The notes below the pieces were generated by a model. That model searched no databases. It saw nothing but the letters and a program-made list of their open reading frames with translations, and was not told the DNA's origin. DNA of 64,000 nucleotides from assembly GCA_964016885.1 (NCBI GenBank), contig OZ024751.1, positions 42,098,001 to 42,162,000 of the forward strand, read 5' to 3'. Numbering within the stretch: the stretch's first letter is position 1; the number at the start of each line of letters is the position of its first letter. Made by a program: the position numbers and the translations under genes. The stretch comes from Eledone cirrhosa. Lineage: Eukaryota. Shown here piece by piece: positions 47,186 to 59,319 of this stretch.

Positions 47186-49310
47186 TTAATAATAATAATA
47201 ATGAAATTATTGTGTAAAGTGCTCAGGTGCACTACAACTCGTCAATATAGTACATAGAATAATACACAAATGTCAGGGAAGTACATGTGTGTATGTGTTA
47301 GCTGTAGTGTTGGCGGATCTCGGGAAGCATGGAGGCCTTAAAGGATGCAGTGTCTCGACAGCTAACAACTGATGCAGGTAGTTTGTTCCATGCTTCAGCA
47401 ACTCTGAGCGTGAAAAAATGTTTCCGAAAGTCATGGGAACTGTGTTGTTTTCTTACTTTGTGGGCATGTCCACGTGTGTTAGACACATGGAAATCAAAAA
47501 GGTACTCAGGGTTGTTGTTGGCAACATGGTTAACAATTTTGTGGGTGTTTACCAAGTCAGTTGCCAGGCGTCGGAGCTTCAATGAATCCATGCCCAGGGA
47601 AGCAAGGCGCTCAGAGTATGGTAGATGCCTGATGGAGGGTATTCGCTTGGTTGCACGTCTCTGAACAGTTTCCAGGCGGTCAATGTCCTGAGCAAGATAG
47701 GGGTTCCAGACTGGTGATGTAAATTCTAAGTGTGGTCGCACCATAGCTGTATACAGCCTTAAATAGATATCTGGAGAGCGGCTGACAAAGGTCTTGCTGA
47801 GTGATGCTAAGACACCCTCGGCCCTCTTGACAATTTTAGAGACGTGCCTCGTCCAACGCAAATCGCTGCTGACCGTAATGCCCAGGTCACGTTCACAGGA
47901 AGACTTCTTGATATTAGTGCTGTGGAGGGAGTATGTGGACGCTGGGTTTTTACTCCCAAAATGCATGGTGGTGCACTTGTCCACAGCTAGCTTGAGTTGC
48001 CAGTCTGAGATCCATTGTTGCATTGTGTCCAGGTCAGACTGCAAGCAAGATCTATAGTGTTCAGGATCTGTCCTTTTTATCTCAAGGTACAGCCTGATGT
48101 CATCTGCGTACTTTAGTACTACTGTGGCATTCTTTAAGTTGGCATCTATGTCATTAATATATGCCACAAACAAAAGGGGGCCAAGAACAGATCCCTGTGG
48201 TACACCAGATGACATCTCATATGGTGAGGAATGCTGTCCCAGAACCGTGACTACCTCTCTTCGACTGAGAATGAAGGACTTCAACCAGTTAAAAAGATCA
48301 TCCTTCACACCCATTACAGAGAGTTTTGCCATAAGCCTTTTGTGTGACACAGAATTGAAGGCCTTCGCAAAGTCAAGGTAAACAACATCCACCCTTGAGC
48401 CGCCATCAGTGATCCGGGTGATGTCCTCAAGAAACTCTATAAGTTGATCACAGCAGCTGGAGTTGGGGATAAATCCAAATTGCGAGGGCCGGATAAGACT
48501 GTGAGAGCTCCAGAAGTTCCAAAGTGTTTCTCTGACACAGGATTCCATCAGTTTGGCGATGCAACTAGTAAGACTGACTGGACGATAGTTCACAGGTGAT
48601 GTGCGGTCACCCTTTTTGAACAGAGGAATGACACTGACAGTTTTCCACTGTTCTGGAGTAGCACTGTTGTTCAGACAGAATTGGAAGAAGCGTGATAACT
48701 GGTGTAGAAGGAAGTACCCACCACGTTTAAGAAGCAGGTACGTAACACCATCAAGACCAGGAGAGGCATGGTTGCGTTTATTTTTTAGGTGACGTCGCAG
48801 CATTGCAGGTGTAAATTCCATGGTTGTAATAGAGTCCGGTGTCATAGGTGGTGGAGATGGTACACTCTGGTCTTCAATAGTGAAAATGCCTGCATAGCAT
48901 TCAGCAATGAGCTCTGCGCATTCCTTGGGCTCGTCAGTAACCTGGCTTGTGTGGGGATTGCGAAGAGGACCAACTGGAGAGTGAGGCCTCTGCTTTGAGT
49001 GAACATACTTCCAGAACACCTTACTGTCAGGGCTGGTTGCTATGCGCTGCTCAAATTGAAGCACTGCCTTTTTTGTCACCTGTTTGAGGTGGTTGGACGA
49101 TCTATTTCGCCTCTTCCTATTAATGTCTGATTTGTGAAGTTTGTACTCACGTTCAGCATTGCGCCGTTCTTTTCTGGCAAGATGGACTGCTGCAGTCTCC
49201 CAAATTGCGCTTTTGGGATGTTTTTTCCGCTTACGTGGCACCGATGCTGCACATGCTGTCCATATTGAGCTCAGGATGTTCAGGAGTACAGTGTTGACAT
49301 CTCCAGAGTG
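47186..49310 (-). mobile_element. 5'-truncated CR1-group LINE
   Basis: RT ORF, short 3' UTR and (ATT)n tail at ~47186-47202; no APE domain present. Confidence 0.9.
47298..49241 (-). CDS. LINE ORF2 reverse transcriptase (uninterrupted, N-terminally truncated)
   Basis: SPGLDG, NYRPVSLTS, QFGF, YLDFAKAF, GVPQGSVLGPLLF, YADD, RPHLEF...WNP, RVAEAWNKLP. Confidence 0.93.
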   Translation of the reverse strand: MPRKRKKHPKSAIWETAAVHLARKERRNAEREYKLHKSDINRKRRNRSSNHLKQVTKKAVLQFEQRIATSPDSKVFWKYVHSKQRPHSPVGPLRNPHTSQVTDEPKECAELIAECYAGIFTIEDQSVPSPPPMTPDSITTMEFTPAMLRRHLKNKRNHASPGLDGVTYLLLKRGGYFLLHQLSRFFQFCLNNSATPEQWKTVSVIPLFKKGDRTSPVNYRPVSLTSCIAKLMESCVRETLWNFWSSHSLIRPSQFGFIPNSSCCDQLIEFLEDITRITDGGSRVDVVYLDFAKAFNSVSHKRLMAKLSVMGVKDDLFNWLKSFILSRREVVTVLGQHSSPYEMSSGVPQGSVLGPLLFVAYINDIDANLKNATVVLKYADDIRLYLEIKRTDPEHYRSCLQSDLDTMQQWISDWQLKLAVDKCTTMHFGSKNPASTYSLHSTNIKKSSCERDLGITVSSDLRWTRHVSKIVKRAEGVLASLSKTFVSRSPDIYLRLYTAMVRPHLEFTSPVWNPYLAQDIDRLETVQRRATKRIPSIRHLPYSERLASLGMDSLKLRRLATDLVNTHKIVNHVANNNPEYLFDFHVSNTRGHAHKVRKQHSSHDFRKHFFTLRVAEAWNKLPASVVSCRDTASFKASMLPEIRQHYS

Positions 49311-49439
49311 GGAGGTCGATTATTTTTCTATATCTCTTTTTTGTTTCCTCTGAAATAAACACCAAGCAGGGAGTATGGGATAATCTACTTTCGGGCGAAA
49401 CATTTAACTCTCTCTTTGATCATTCTGATCAATCTTCTA

Positions 49440-49680
49440 GGTGCCACTTACTTTCTGCAAGCACAAAGTTCTCGGGGAACTGGATTGATGCCCTGCCTGT
49501 GGCCAGCATTGGGGGGGGGGGGGGGGGGGGGTGTCTTCTCAGGCTGGACGAGCTCCGCATCTCAACTGCACTTTGAGTGGGAGCTGTGGTGTCAGGTAAG
49601 GTCCGAATGGGTGCTTGGTTGTTTCAGCGCCTTAGCCTCGCCATCATTCGCAGTAATACTGCGAATTTTCCGTTGACCCT
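49440..49680 (+). mobile_element. Internally deleted RLE-type retroelement fragment
   Basis: Reads GNWIDALPVASIG...DELRISTAL*VGAVV, then GAWLFQRLSLAIIRSNTAN, homologous to 46900-47150. Confidence 0.6.
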
Positions 49681-50189
49681 TGTGGTGTGATGTGCGACCG
49701 GTTGTGAATTGATGGTGTTTTTTTTTTTCTCCTTTTCTTTTTCTCTCGTTTTGATAATATATTTTTAATATATATAATTTTATTTCGTTGTATAATTAAC
49801 ATTACAAATTGTTTACAATTCTTTCAGAATGAAAAAATATATCATTGTTTATATTTTGATTCTGTAAGAACTGTGGGTATGGTGTGGCGTGCGGTGGCCG
49901 GGGACGGGGGGGGGGGGGGGGGGGTGCTCGACCGGAAGGGGTCTTTGACCGGAAGGATGCTCGACCGGAAGGGCCAGGATACGGTGAGGACGCGTTTTGG
50001 GCAGCTCCCGGTTTTAAGCAGTCGGACGCACGTGGAAGAGGAGTACCTGCAGCGGAATTTAGCGGCGCCTGTGAAAAGCGGTAAGTGAGATAGCCTTTTC
50101 TAACTACAAGCTATTTCGGCGACTGAAAAAAAAAAAAAAAAAGAAAACACTTGCCGCAAAACAAATCAAAAGATGGCGACAAACTACGG

Positions 50190-50915
50190 ATGAACGAAGC
50201 TATCAGGCCATTCACCGGTGAAGATGATGTTGTCGCTTGGCTGCGGAAGGTTCGGCTGGTCGCGGGCTTGCAGAAGATAGAAGACGTGGCCGGTCTCATT
50301 GCATTGTACCTCGAGGGCGACGCGTTGGTACTCTTCCTTGAGTTGGACGAGCACAGCCAAAGAGATGTGCAGAAGATTGAGAGGCGTCTGATGGATGCAT
50401 TCGCCGAGGGACCGTTGGCGGCTTTTGCTAAGCTGGCGAGAATCAGGTGGAATGGTGAGCGCGTCGACATTTTCGCAGCGGAAATAAGGCGGTTGGCTAT
50501 GTTGGCGGGTTACCAGGCAGAATGCGAACGCACGGTGCGGTTGGCATTCATCAATGGATTTCCGGACGACATAGCGGTGAAACTGCAGCAAGTCCCGGGG
50601 TACAAGAAGATGGAAATGCGTTCACTGGTGGAACAAGCCCGGATCATAGCGGAAGATGCCAAAAAAAGTGTCGCGGCGATAGCGACTACGGAGGCTCAGG
50701 ACACCTGGCAGCGAAATGGTCAAAGGGAGGCAACCTCGGCACGCGGCCGATCGCGAGAATTTAAGGGCCGCTGTTTTAGGTGTCAGGGGCCGCATATGGC
50801 TAGAGACTGTAGAGAGTCGAAGCCGGATATAATCTGCTACCGGTGTAAGCGACCAGGCCACATCGCTACTAACTGCGACCAGGGGAACTACTGCGCCGGT
50901 AGTTGCCCCTTATGA
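50190..50915 (+). CDS. gag: Gag with two zinc knuckles
   Basis: CFRCQGPHMARDC and CYRCKRPGHIATNC, followed by DQGN at the usual gag-pol frameshift position. Confidence 0.88.
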   Translation: MNEAIRPFTGEDDVVAWLRKVRLVAGLQKIEDVAGLIALYLEGDALVLFLELDEHSQRDVQKIERRLMDAFAEGPLAAFAKLARIRWNGERVDIFAAEIRRLAMLAGYQAECERTVRLAFINGFPDDIAVKLQQVPGYKKMEMRSLVEQARIIAEDAKKSVAAIATTEAQDTWQRNGQREATSARGRSREFKGRCFRCQGPHMARDCRESKPDIICYRCKRPGHIATNCDQGNYCAGSCPL

Positions 50916-53700
50916 GTAGCGGCGCTGCCGGTGGTGGAGGTCTTCGTGAGGGGGAAGCCACAGCGAGCCCTCGTGGATACGGGCTGTACGACGACACTGG
51001 TGACCGCGGGGGTGGCGCAGAGGTGGGGAGGGAAGAGCAGCGTAAGGGCAGTCGACGGCAGGAAAATTGAATGCCGAGGTCGCAGCGAGATGGAAATAGC
51101 GGTACGGGGAAGGACGATAAGGCTTTCCGCCATCGTGGTAGACAGTGTGGTGGATGGGATCGGCGTGGTTATGGGCATGGACGCGATTGGCCGTCTAGGG
51201 GGCGTCACGGTGAACAATGTCGGTGTGTCGTTTGGCGCCGCTGCATCGGTATGCGCTGTGAGTGCACGTCATGAGAACCAGAAGGCCCACGAGGGGCAAT
51301 ACCCCGCTTACACTGTAGAGGACAAGGACTTCAAGGCCGTGTTTGATGGGCAGCGATGGGTTGTTGAGTGGTACTGGAAGGGAGAACCACCAACACTGAA
51401 GACCAAAGTGGGCTGCTATCAACACACATTGAAGGGAAACGCTAGGGGCGAGAAGTAGAGAGATGGATCGAAGAGGGCATACTGCTTCCCTGGAAGGAGG
51501 AGGTGAAGTGCGGAGTATTGCCGTTGATGGCGGTGGTGCAACCCACGAAGAGCAAGGTGAGGCCGGTGCTGGACTATCGAGAGCTGAACGAGCACGTGTC
51601 ATGCCACACGGGTGGCGTGGTCACGGATGTCTGTGGGGAAACCCTGCGTGAGTGGAGACGCATGACGGGGGGTTCAGCGATCGTGGATCTAAAGTCGGCT
51701 TACTTGCAGTTGCATATAGATGAGAAGCTTTGGCGGTATCAGCTGGTTAGGTATAAGGGCCGGACATATTGCCTGACCAGGCTCGGTTTCGGGCTGAGCT
51801 CCGCACCGAAGATCATGGCGGCGGTCCTCAAGACCTAAAGAGGGCTACTAACTCCTACATTGACGACATCCTAGTGGACGAGTCGGTGGTGTCGACGGCG
51901 GAGGTCACGAGCCATTTGCGGAGGTATGGACTGACTGCGAAGCCATCAGAAGCATTGGAGGAGCCGCGCTGGGACTTAGGCTACGGCGAGATAAGACGGG
52001 CGTTTTGGTGTTCCAGAGGGTAAACGAAGTTCCGGAACTGGGCCCAAGTATGAATAGGCGGGAGCTTTTCTCGGTGTATGGAAAGCTGGTGGGTCACTAC
52101 CCGATCGCTGGGTGGCTCCGGACGGCATGCAGCTATGTCAAGAGACGAGCGGGAGGGGTGACTTGGAGTGACAGAGTGGGAGAGAGAACGGTGGCCATGA
52201 TGCAGGAGATCGTGGGGAGGGTGAAGGCCGACGACCCAGTGCGGGGACGCTGGTATGTTCCCAAATCACGGAGCGGGACCGTATGGTGCGATGCCAGCAG
52301 CATAGCGCTGGGTGTCACGTTGGAGATAGGAGGTGTTGAGGTCGAGGATGCAGCCTGGCTTAGAAAGAAGGACGACTGCAGCCACATCAATGTGGCCGAG
52401 CTGGACGCGGTGTTGAGAGGGGTGAACCTCGCCCTGCGGTGGGGGCTGCGCACCATCGAGATACGCACCGACTCGGCTACCGTACTCAGATGGGTAAGAT
52501 CAGTGCTCACCAGTGAGAAGAGAGTGCGAACGAGAGGCGCGGCGGAGATACTGATAAAGCGCCGCCTGGGAACGTTAGGAGAGCTGGCCACCGAGTTCGA
52601 CCTGAAGCTGAGCGTAGTGTTCGTGCCTTCAGAGAAAAATAGGGCGGACATCTTAACTAGAGTGAAGAAAGCCTGGATGGAAGCGCCGGAGGAGGTAGAG
52701 GATGAGATAGCTGCCGTGTGTCGGCTGACCGAGTTAGACCTGAAGGGGTTGCATGACATGCACCACATGGGGGTGGATAGGAGCCTGTTCCTAGCCAGGA
52801 GAATCGACTCGGACGTTAGCAGACACAGTGTTCGGGGGGTCGTTAGAGGCTGCGTCCGGTGTCAGTCCATTGATCCCGCCCCGGGTGTACACGAAACGGG
52901 AAGCCTCCCGGTGGATCGCGACTGGAAGCGATTAGCGGTGGATGTGACGCACTACCGGCAGGGAACGTACCTCTCGATGGTCGACTGTGGACCAGGTCGA
53001 GTGGCGATATGGAGGGAGATGAAGACCGGAACGGCCGAGGAAATCGTGCGGACGTTGAGAGAGGTGTTCTTGGAGCGGGGCCCTGTGGATGAACTGCTGA
53101 TGGACAACAGCGCAGCGTTCCGCTCGGAGGCACTGAGGGGGATGCTCGAGGGATGGAAGGTGGACTGTTTCTTCAGAGCGGCGCACAGGCCGAGCGGGAA
53201 TGGAATCGTGGAGCGACACCACCGGACGATCAAGGCAATGGCGGAGCGGGGCCATATCTCACCAATGGAGGCAGTGTTCTGGTACAATATGTCCCCTAGG
53301 GTTGGACAGGTCGAGGAATCGGTGCCACACAGAGCAGTATTCAAATACGAGTGGCGGCACCCGTGCACGCCACCACAACGGCCAGTGGGGAGAGAGAGTG
53401 CAGGTGGGCGAAGAAGTCTGGGTTAAGCCCCCAAATGCACGGTGCACATCTCAATGGGGAAGGGGAACGGTGACGGCCGTAAATTCAAAGAACAATGTGT
53501 CCGTGGACGGGGTACCACGTCATGTCCTGGATGTAAGAAGAATCACTGTATCGACGGACTCCGAGGAAGAGGAAACCCAAGATGAGGTGGAAACTCAGAG
53601 CCCTGCCCCAATACTACGAAGATCGCAACGAAGTCGTAGACCACCGACCTGGACGGCAGACTTTCATATGCAGAGGGACGAGGGGGAAATTGATCCTTGA
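50916..53700 (+). pseudogene. pol: Frameshifted pol (protease, RT, RNase H, integrase)
   Basis: LVDTGC; VDLKSAY, RLGFGLSSAP, YIDDIL; WCDAS; H..G...C..C, AVDV, MDN, NGIVER. Split over at least five frames. Confidence 0.9.
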
Positions 53701-55289
53701 GATCAGGGGGGCGTGTGGGTATAGTGTGGCGTGCGGGGGGGGGGGGGGGTGCTCGACCGGAAGGGCCAGGAGAGGGCCTCTCTCTAGTGGTGACCAGCAT
53801 ACGGTGAGGACGCGTTTTGGTTCGTTGTATAATTAACATTACAAATTGTTTACAATTCTTTCAGAATGAAAATATATCATTGTTTATATTTTGATTCTGT
53901 AAGAACTATAAACAATTTGTAATATCAATAAAAAAATGTTATTAATAATTAACACCTTTCGTCAACACCTGTAACTAAAAATAATTAGGGGGAATTTGCT
54001 AAAAGACTTCCGCAGTTAAAAAAACAGTTATCTCCCTTTTAACCATTTACATTTACAAATGGACGAATTAAGATTAATTTTGATATCATAAAAGGTAAGT
54101 GAGATTTACAAGAAAATTCATTGAGTTATATAACATTAACACATATAAACTGATTATTGAATTAATATTGTAATGTTTGCTTGTTAGAATGATCACTGCG
54201 AATTTCGAAGAAAAGGGCGTTTTTGTTTGTTTTACAAACAATCTGCGCAGTTAACATGGCTAGCTTGATTAATGAAAGCTTTCTTAGATTCCGAAAAGAT
54301 GGCATTAAAAAAAAATCTGGTTTAAATGTTTAGACTAAATTAAATATAAACTGTTCAATGGTGAAGTATTCTTAAATAACAGTTGTCATAGATTGAGTGT
54401 AGTTGCGTTGCGAGAAAAATAATGATAGAAACACAATAAGACAGCTTTTGTGTCACATATATCGTTTAATTTTCAGTGACTGATATTTGTTAGGTCTCTT
54501 ATTTTTTTCGTATCCTGTTTGGTTACTGTCATTTTTTAAATTCTAAACATGTCTTTATTTATGTATTAAACCGATCTACCAGTTCTTTTAAAGTAGCTCA
54601 TATTGTATATATCGTAGTATCAGTTGGTAGTTATAAAGGGAGAAAAAAATCTATTGTTTGTATAGGATATTGTTTATAGATATCTATTTAATTTGATGGA
54701 AAAAAACCAATAACTGATAAAATAAAAACATTTGAAAACCTCAATCTAGAAATAAAGAAAGGAGTGAATGATAAAAGAAGAAAAATGGGTGGTGGTGGAG
54801 GCCCCCCTCTCCCTCTCATTCAATCACATGCCACAACAAAAGACCTAAAAATGTTTGAGGCAAGCCAACAAACACTCTTGCTACGATAAAGGCCTTCGTT
54901 GCCAGTAACCCGGTTTTACCAAAATGTCTCGAACACAGGTTGAAAAAAATAAAATAGTTTTTAAAAAATAATTCCAAGTATTTAAAAATTTTATTCCATT
55001 CACAGACCTGTCAACTCTCCCCGTCGGACGCCATGCTTTGAAGCATAGAGTTACGTCCCTTTATGATCTGAGTTCAAATCCCGCCGAGGTTAACTTTGCC
55101 TTTCATCTTTACGGCGTCGATAAAATAAAGTACCAGTAATGTACTGAGTAATTGCTGGCCTTGTGCCAAAAATAGAAACAATTATGTAAAATCTCACCAT
55201 TTGGCCTCATTTCTCCCTGTTTTAGGCACTTTTTTTTCATGGTACTCCCCGTTTGGGGTTTTAAAGGTTAGCGGGTCTGCATTCAGCTA

Positions 55290-55480
55290 CAGATGCAATG
55301 ACGCTCATATTTATTGTAGTGTTGAAAATGTGGGAAGGCGCAAAATGTCGCTGACTGTGGCGTCCCAAATGAGACATTTATCTCTCACCCAAGGACAAAG
55401 GGTTAAGACAATCCCATCAACCCCGGACAATACAGCTGACTCCAGAATTGAGGGGATATTGACTTGAACTAGGGTTCGCT
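55290..55480 (-). mobile_element. Decayed restriction-like endonuclease fragment of an RLE-type retroelement
   Basis: IPSILE...DG..LTLCPWVRDKCLIWDATVSD resembles the PDG..L.PW..GK.L.WD.TV.D motif. Confidence 0.6.
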
Positions 55481-55746
55481 TCATAATTACGTTCAACTTC
55501 AGATGTTGAGCTCATACAGACTGGAAAAACACTGATGTTGGCCACGGACAAGATATCAACCCCCCTCCCCGGCATTTTATATATATATATGTGTGTGTGT
55601 GTATTATGAAAAGTCGAGACCCAATGGCTGAACTCTTGCTGTTTCGACAGCTAGTTCCAGACTGATTGCCAAAGATCTTGGCAGTTGTATTTGTTGTTGT
55701 GTAGTGGTGTGGTTTGTCCAAATAAGAGCCATACATTATTTACCCA

Positions 55747-56393
55747 CGGTGGATTGGCAGTATCGGTAGAGGTTCGGACGCCATGCTTTAACGCATAGAG
55801 TTACGGCCCTTGCCATTCTGAGTTCAAATCCCGCCAAGGTAAACTTTGCCTTTCATCCTTACGGGGTCGATAAAATAAAGTACCAGTAATGTACTGGGTA
55901 ATTTCTGGCCTTGTGCCAATAGTAGAAACAATTATTTACCCAATTGTAAATTCTCTTCCTATAAGAGTTGATTTTTTTTTTTTTAATGGTTAGGGAGTGA
56001 TTGTGTGTGAGATATCTGGCTTAGTATCGGTAGAGGGTCGGACGCCATGCTTTGACGCATAGAGTTACGGCCCTTGCCATTCTGAGTTCAAATCCCGCCG
56101 AGGTTAACTTTGCCTTTCATCTTTACGGGGTCGATAAAATAAAGTACCAGTAATGCACTGGATAATTTCTGGCCTTGTGCCAAAAGTAGAAAATTATTAA
56201 AATGGTAATGGCAGTAGAATTAGTATAGTTACGTCCCTTTACGTTCTGAGTTCAAATCCCTACGAAGACAGCTTTACTTTTCATCCTTATGGGGTTAATT
56301 AAATAAAGTACCAGTAATGCACTGGATCGATTTAATCGACTTTCCCCTCCTCCCAAAATTGTTGGCCTTGTGCCTAAATCAGAAACCATTATT
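55747..56393 (+). mobile_element. Three SINE family A copies (another at ~55023-55185)
   Basis: Family A head, body and tail. Confidence 0.85.
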
Positions 56394-56658
56394 AACATAA
56401 GTTAACAAAAGGTTATTTATATCAAATTATGTTGGTAGAATCGTTTAAGAATCCTTTATAATGGGTGTTTTGTCTCCAAGAGAGAACCAGGGGTGGTTTG
56501 GGGCTGTTTCGTATTGAAAGGGTTAAACTAAAATCTCGATACTTCAAACCCATGGTCATTGTGATTGTTTAAAGTATTGTTATTTTGTCAACAACAACTT
56601 TACTGAGTCTTAAACTTTCATTGTTTCTATTCTTGGTGCTGGTATTGGAGAAGCAAGT

Positions 56659-57067
56659 ATGAAGAGATCTGGCGAAGATATACCACATCCCCATTGGCTT
56701 GTAGAGAATCGTCTAAATTCGTTTCATAAGTGGACGAATCAACATGTATCAAAAGAGCGGGTAGCTGAGGCTGGATTTCTCTATACCGGAACAGACAGCA
56801 AAGTAAAATGTGCTTTCTGTTACTTAATAATTGATGAATGGCATGAAGGAGATGACCCATTCGAAAAACATCAACAATTGAATGCATTTTGTCCCTTTTT
56901 GAAAATTCAAGCCAGAAAAACTGCATCTGAGAACAATATAATCGTACATAAACCATATTATCCACAATACACTTCAAAAGCCACAAGAGAAGAAACATTT
57001 AAAAACTGGCCTCTAAATCAATATCCACCTCCTAAACTATTAATTGAATCTGGGTTCTATTATACGG
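56659..57067 (+). CDS. Inhibitor of apoptosis (IAP/BIRC) exon: complete BIR domain plus start of a second BIR
   Basis: RLNSF..W...AEAGFLYTG..KVKCAFC......W...DDPFEKH.....CPFL, then REETFKNWP...LIESGFYYTG; donor G|GTAAGC at 57067/57068 (phase 1). The ATG start is tentative. Confidence 0.93.
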
Positions 57068-57424
57068 GTAAGCAAACATTTCATTTACCTGTTAATTCAA
57101 CATATTTTAAATATATTATCATCATTATTATCCCCGTTGGAAACATCCATTTTTCTACTCTAGCATGAGATAAGCCAGGTCAGATGACCACATCTTTCTC
57201 ATACAGAACTGGTTTTGGCTTGGTTTCTACAGCAGGATCCCCATCTTAACGCCAACCACACATACAGGATGGATTGGGTACTTTTGTCATAACACCTACA
57301 TGACCACTTTTACAGTGTGGACTGTAGAGTGTGGCGTTACAGCTGATATATACCAACTGGACAGGGGTATAGAAACTTACATACAGCTGATATATACAAC
57401 CTAGACAGGGGTGTAGTCTGGTGT

Positions 57425-59210
57425 ATAGCTGATATATACCACCTGTACAGGGATGTAGAGTCTGTCTCACATAGCTGATATATACCACCTGTACAGGGAT
57501 GTAGAGTCTGTCTCACATAGCTGATATATACCACCTGAACAGGGATGTAGAGTCTGTCTCATACAGCTGATATATACCACCTGTACAGGGATGTAGAGTC
57601 TGTCTCACACATCTGATATATACCACCTGTACAGGGATGTAGAGTCTGTCTCACATAGCTGATATATACCACCTGAACAGGGATGTAGAGTCTGTCTCAT
57701 ACAGCTGATATATACCACCTGTACAGGGATGTAGAGTCTGTCTCACACATCTGATATATACCACCTGTACAGGGATGTAGAGTCTGTCTCACATAGCTGA
57801 TATATACCACCTGAACAGGGATGTAGAGTCTGTCTCATACAGCTGATATATACCACCTGAACAGGGATGTAGAGTCTGTCTCATACAGCTGATATATACC
57901 ACCTGTACAGGGATGTAGAGTCTGTCTCACACATCTGATATATACCACCTGTACAGGGATGTAGAGTCTGTCTCACACATCTGATATATACCACCTGAAC
58001 AGGGATGTAGAGTCTGTCTCATACAGCTGATATATACCACCTGTACAGGGATGTAGAGTCTGTCTCACACATCTGATATATACCACCTGAACAGGGATGT
58101 AGAGTCTGTCTCATACAGCTGATATATACCACCTGTACAGGGATGTAGAGTCTGTCTCACACATCTGATATATACCACCTGTACAGGGATGTAGAGTCTG
58201 TCTCACATAGCTGATATATACCACCTGAACAGGGATGTAGAGTCTGTCTCATACAGCTGATATATACCACCTGAACAGGGATGTAGAGTCTGTCTCATAC
58301 AGCTGATATATACCACCTGAACAGGGATGTAGAGTCTGTCTCATACAGCTGATATATACCACCTGTACAGGGATGTAGAGTCTGTCTTACACATCTGATA
58401 TATACCACCTGTACAGGGATGTAGAGTCTGTCTCATACAGCTGATATATACCACCTGTACAGGGATGTAGAGTCTGTCTCACATAGCTGATATATACCAC
58501 CTGAACAGGGATGTAGAGTCTGTCTCATACAGCTGATATATACCACCTGTACAGGGATGTAGAGTCTGTCTCATACAGCTGATATATACCACCTGTACAG
58601 GGATGTAGAGTCTGTCTCATACAGCTGATATATACCACCTGTACAGGGATGTAGAGTCTGTCTCATACAGCTGATATATACCACCTGTACAGGGATGTAG
58701 AGTCTGTCTCATACAGCTGATATATACCACCTGTACAGGGATGTAGAGTCTGTCTCATACAGCTGATATATACCACCTGTACAGGGATGTAGAGTCTGTC
58801 TCATACAGCTGATATATACCACCTGTACAGGGATGTAGAGTCTGTCTCATACAGCTGATATATACCACCTGTACAGGGATGTAGAGTCTGTCTCATACAG
58901 CTGATATATACCACCTGAACAGGGATGTAGAGTCTGTCTCATACAGCTGATATATACCACCTGTACAGGGATGTAGAGTCTGTCTTACACATCTGATATA
59001 TACCACCTGTACAGGGATGTAGAGTCTGTCTCATACAGCTGATATATACCACCTGAACAGGGATGTAGAGTCTGTCTCACATAGCTGATATATTCCACCT
59101 GAACAGGGATGTAGAGTCTGTCTTACACATCTGATATATACCACCTGTACAGGGATGTAGAGTCTGTCTCACATAGCTGATATATTCCACCTGAACAGGG
59201 GTGTAGAGTC
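57425..59210. repeat. 46-bp intronic minisatellite (~39 units)
   Basis: Unit ACAGCTGATATATACCACCTGTACAGGGATGTAGAGTCTGTCTCAT. Confidence 0.97.
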
Positions 59211-59319
59211 TACCCCCCTCTATCTGTTCTTTTTTTTTTTTTACATTATTTAATTTTTTTTATCTCTCTTCCAAAATTGGTATGAAATGTTTTGGTCTTT
59301 TTCATGATGACTTTTTTAG

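Larger units (their letters stand above)
49872..53820 (+). mobile_element. Ty3/Gypsy LTR retrotransposon, degenerate
   Basis: 5' LTR TG...CA (~49872-50108), gag, PR-RT-RH-IN order, PPT AGGGGGG before a truncated 3' LTR (53714-53820); sharp GC-rich island. Confidence 0.95.

Noticed and set aside
50109-50126. Primer-binding site of the Gypsy element matching the nearby tRNA-Pro
   Set aside because: The sequence after the LTR (AGCTATTTCGGCGACTG) is not complementary to the tRNA-Pro 3' end; the PBS could not be assigned.
47329-53839. Antisense and alternative-frame ORFs overlapping the LINE and Gypsy coding regions
   Set aside because: Shadow ORFs of GC-richer retroelement genes with no recognisable motifs.
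53987-53999. GGGGGAATTTGC as an NF-kB site for the IAP gene
   Set aside because: Lacks the terminal CC of the consensus; a single weak motif is insufficient.
57425-59210. Regular 46-bp array as a possible CRISPR
   Set aside because: Contiguous tandem units without unique spacers, no cas genes, eukaryotic intron.
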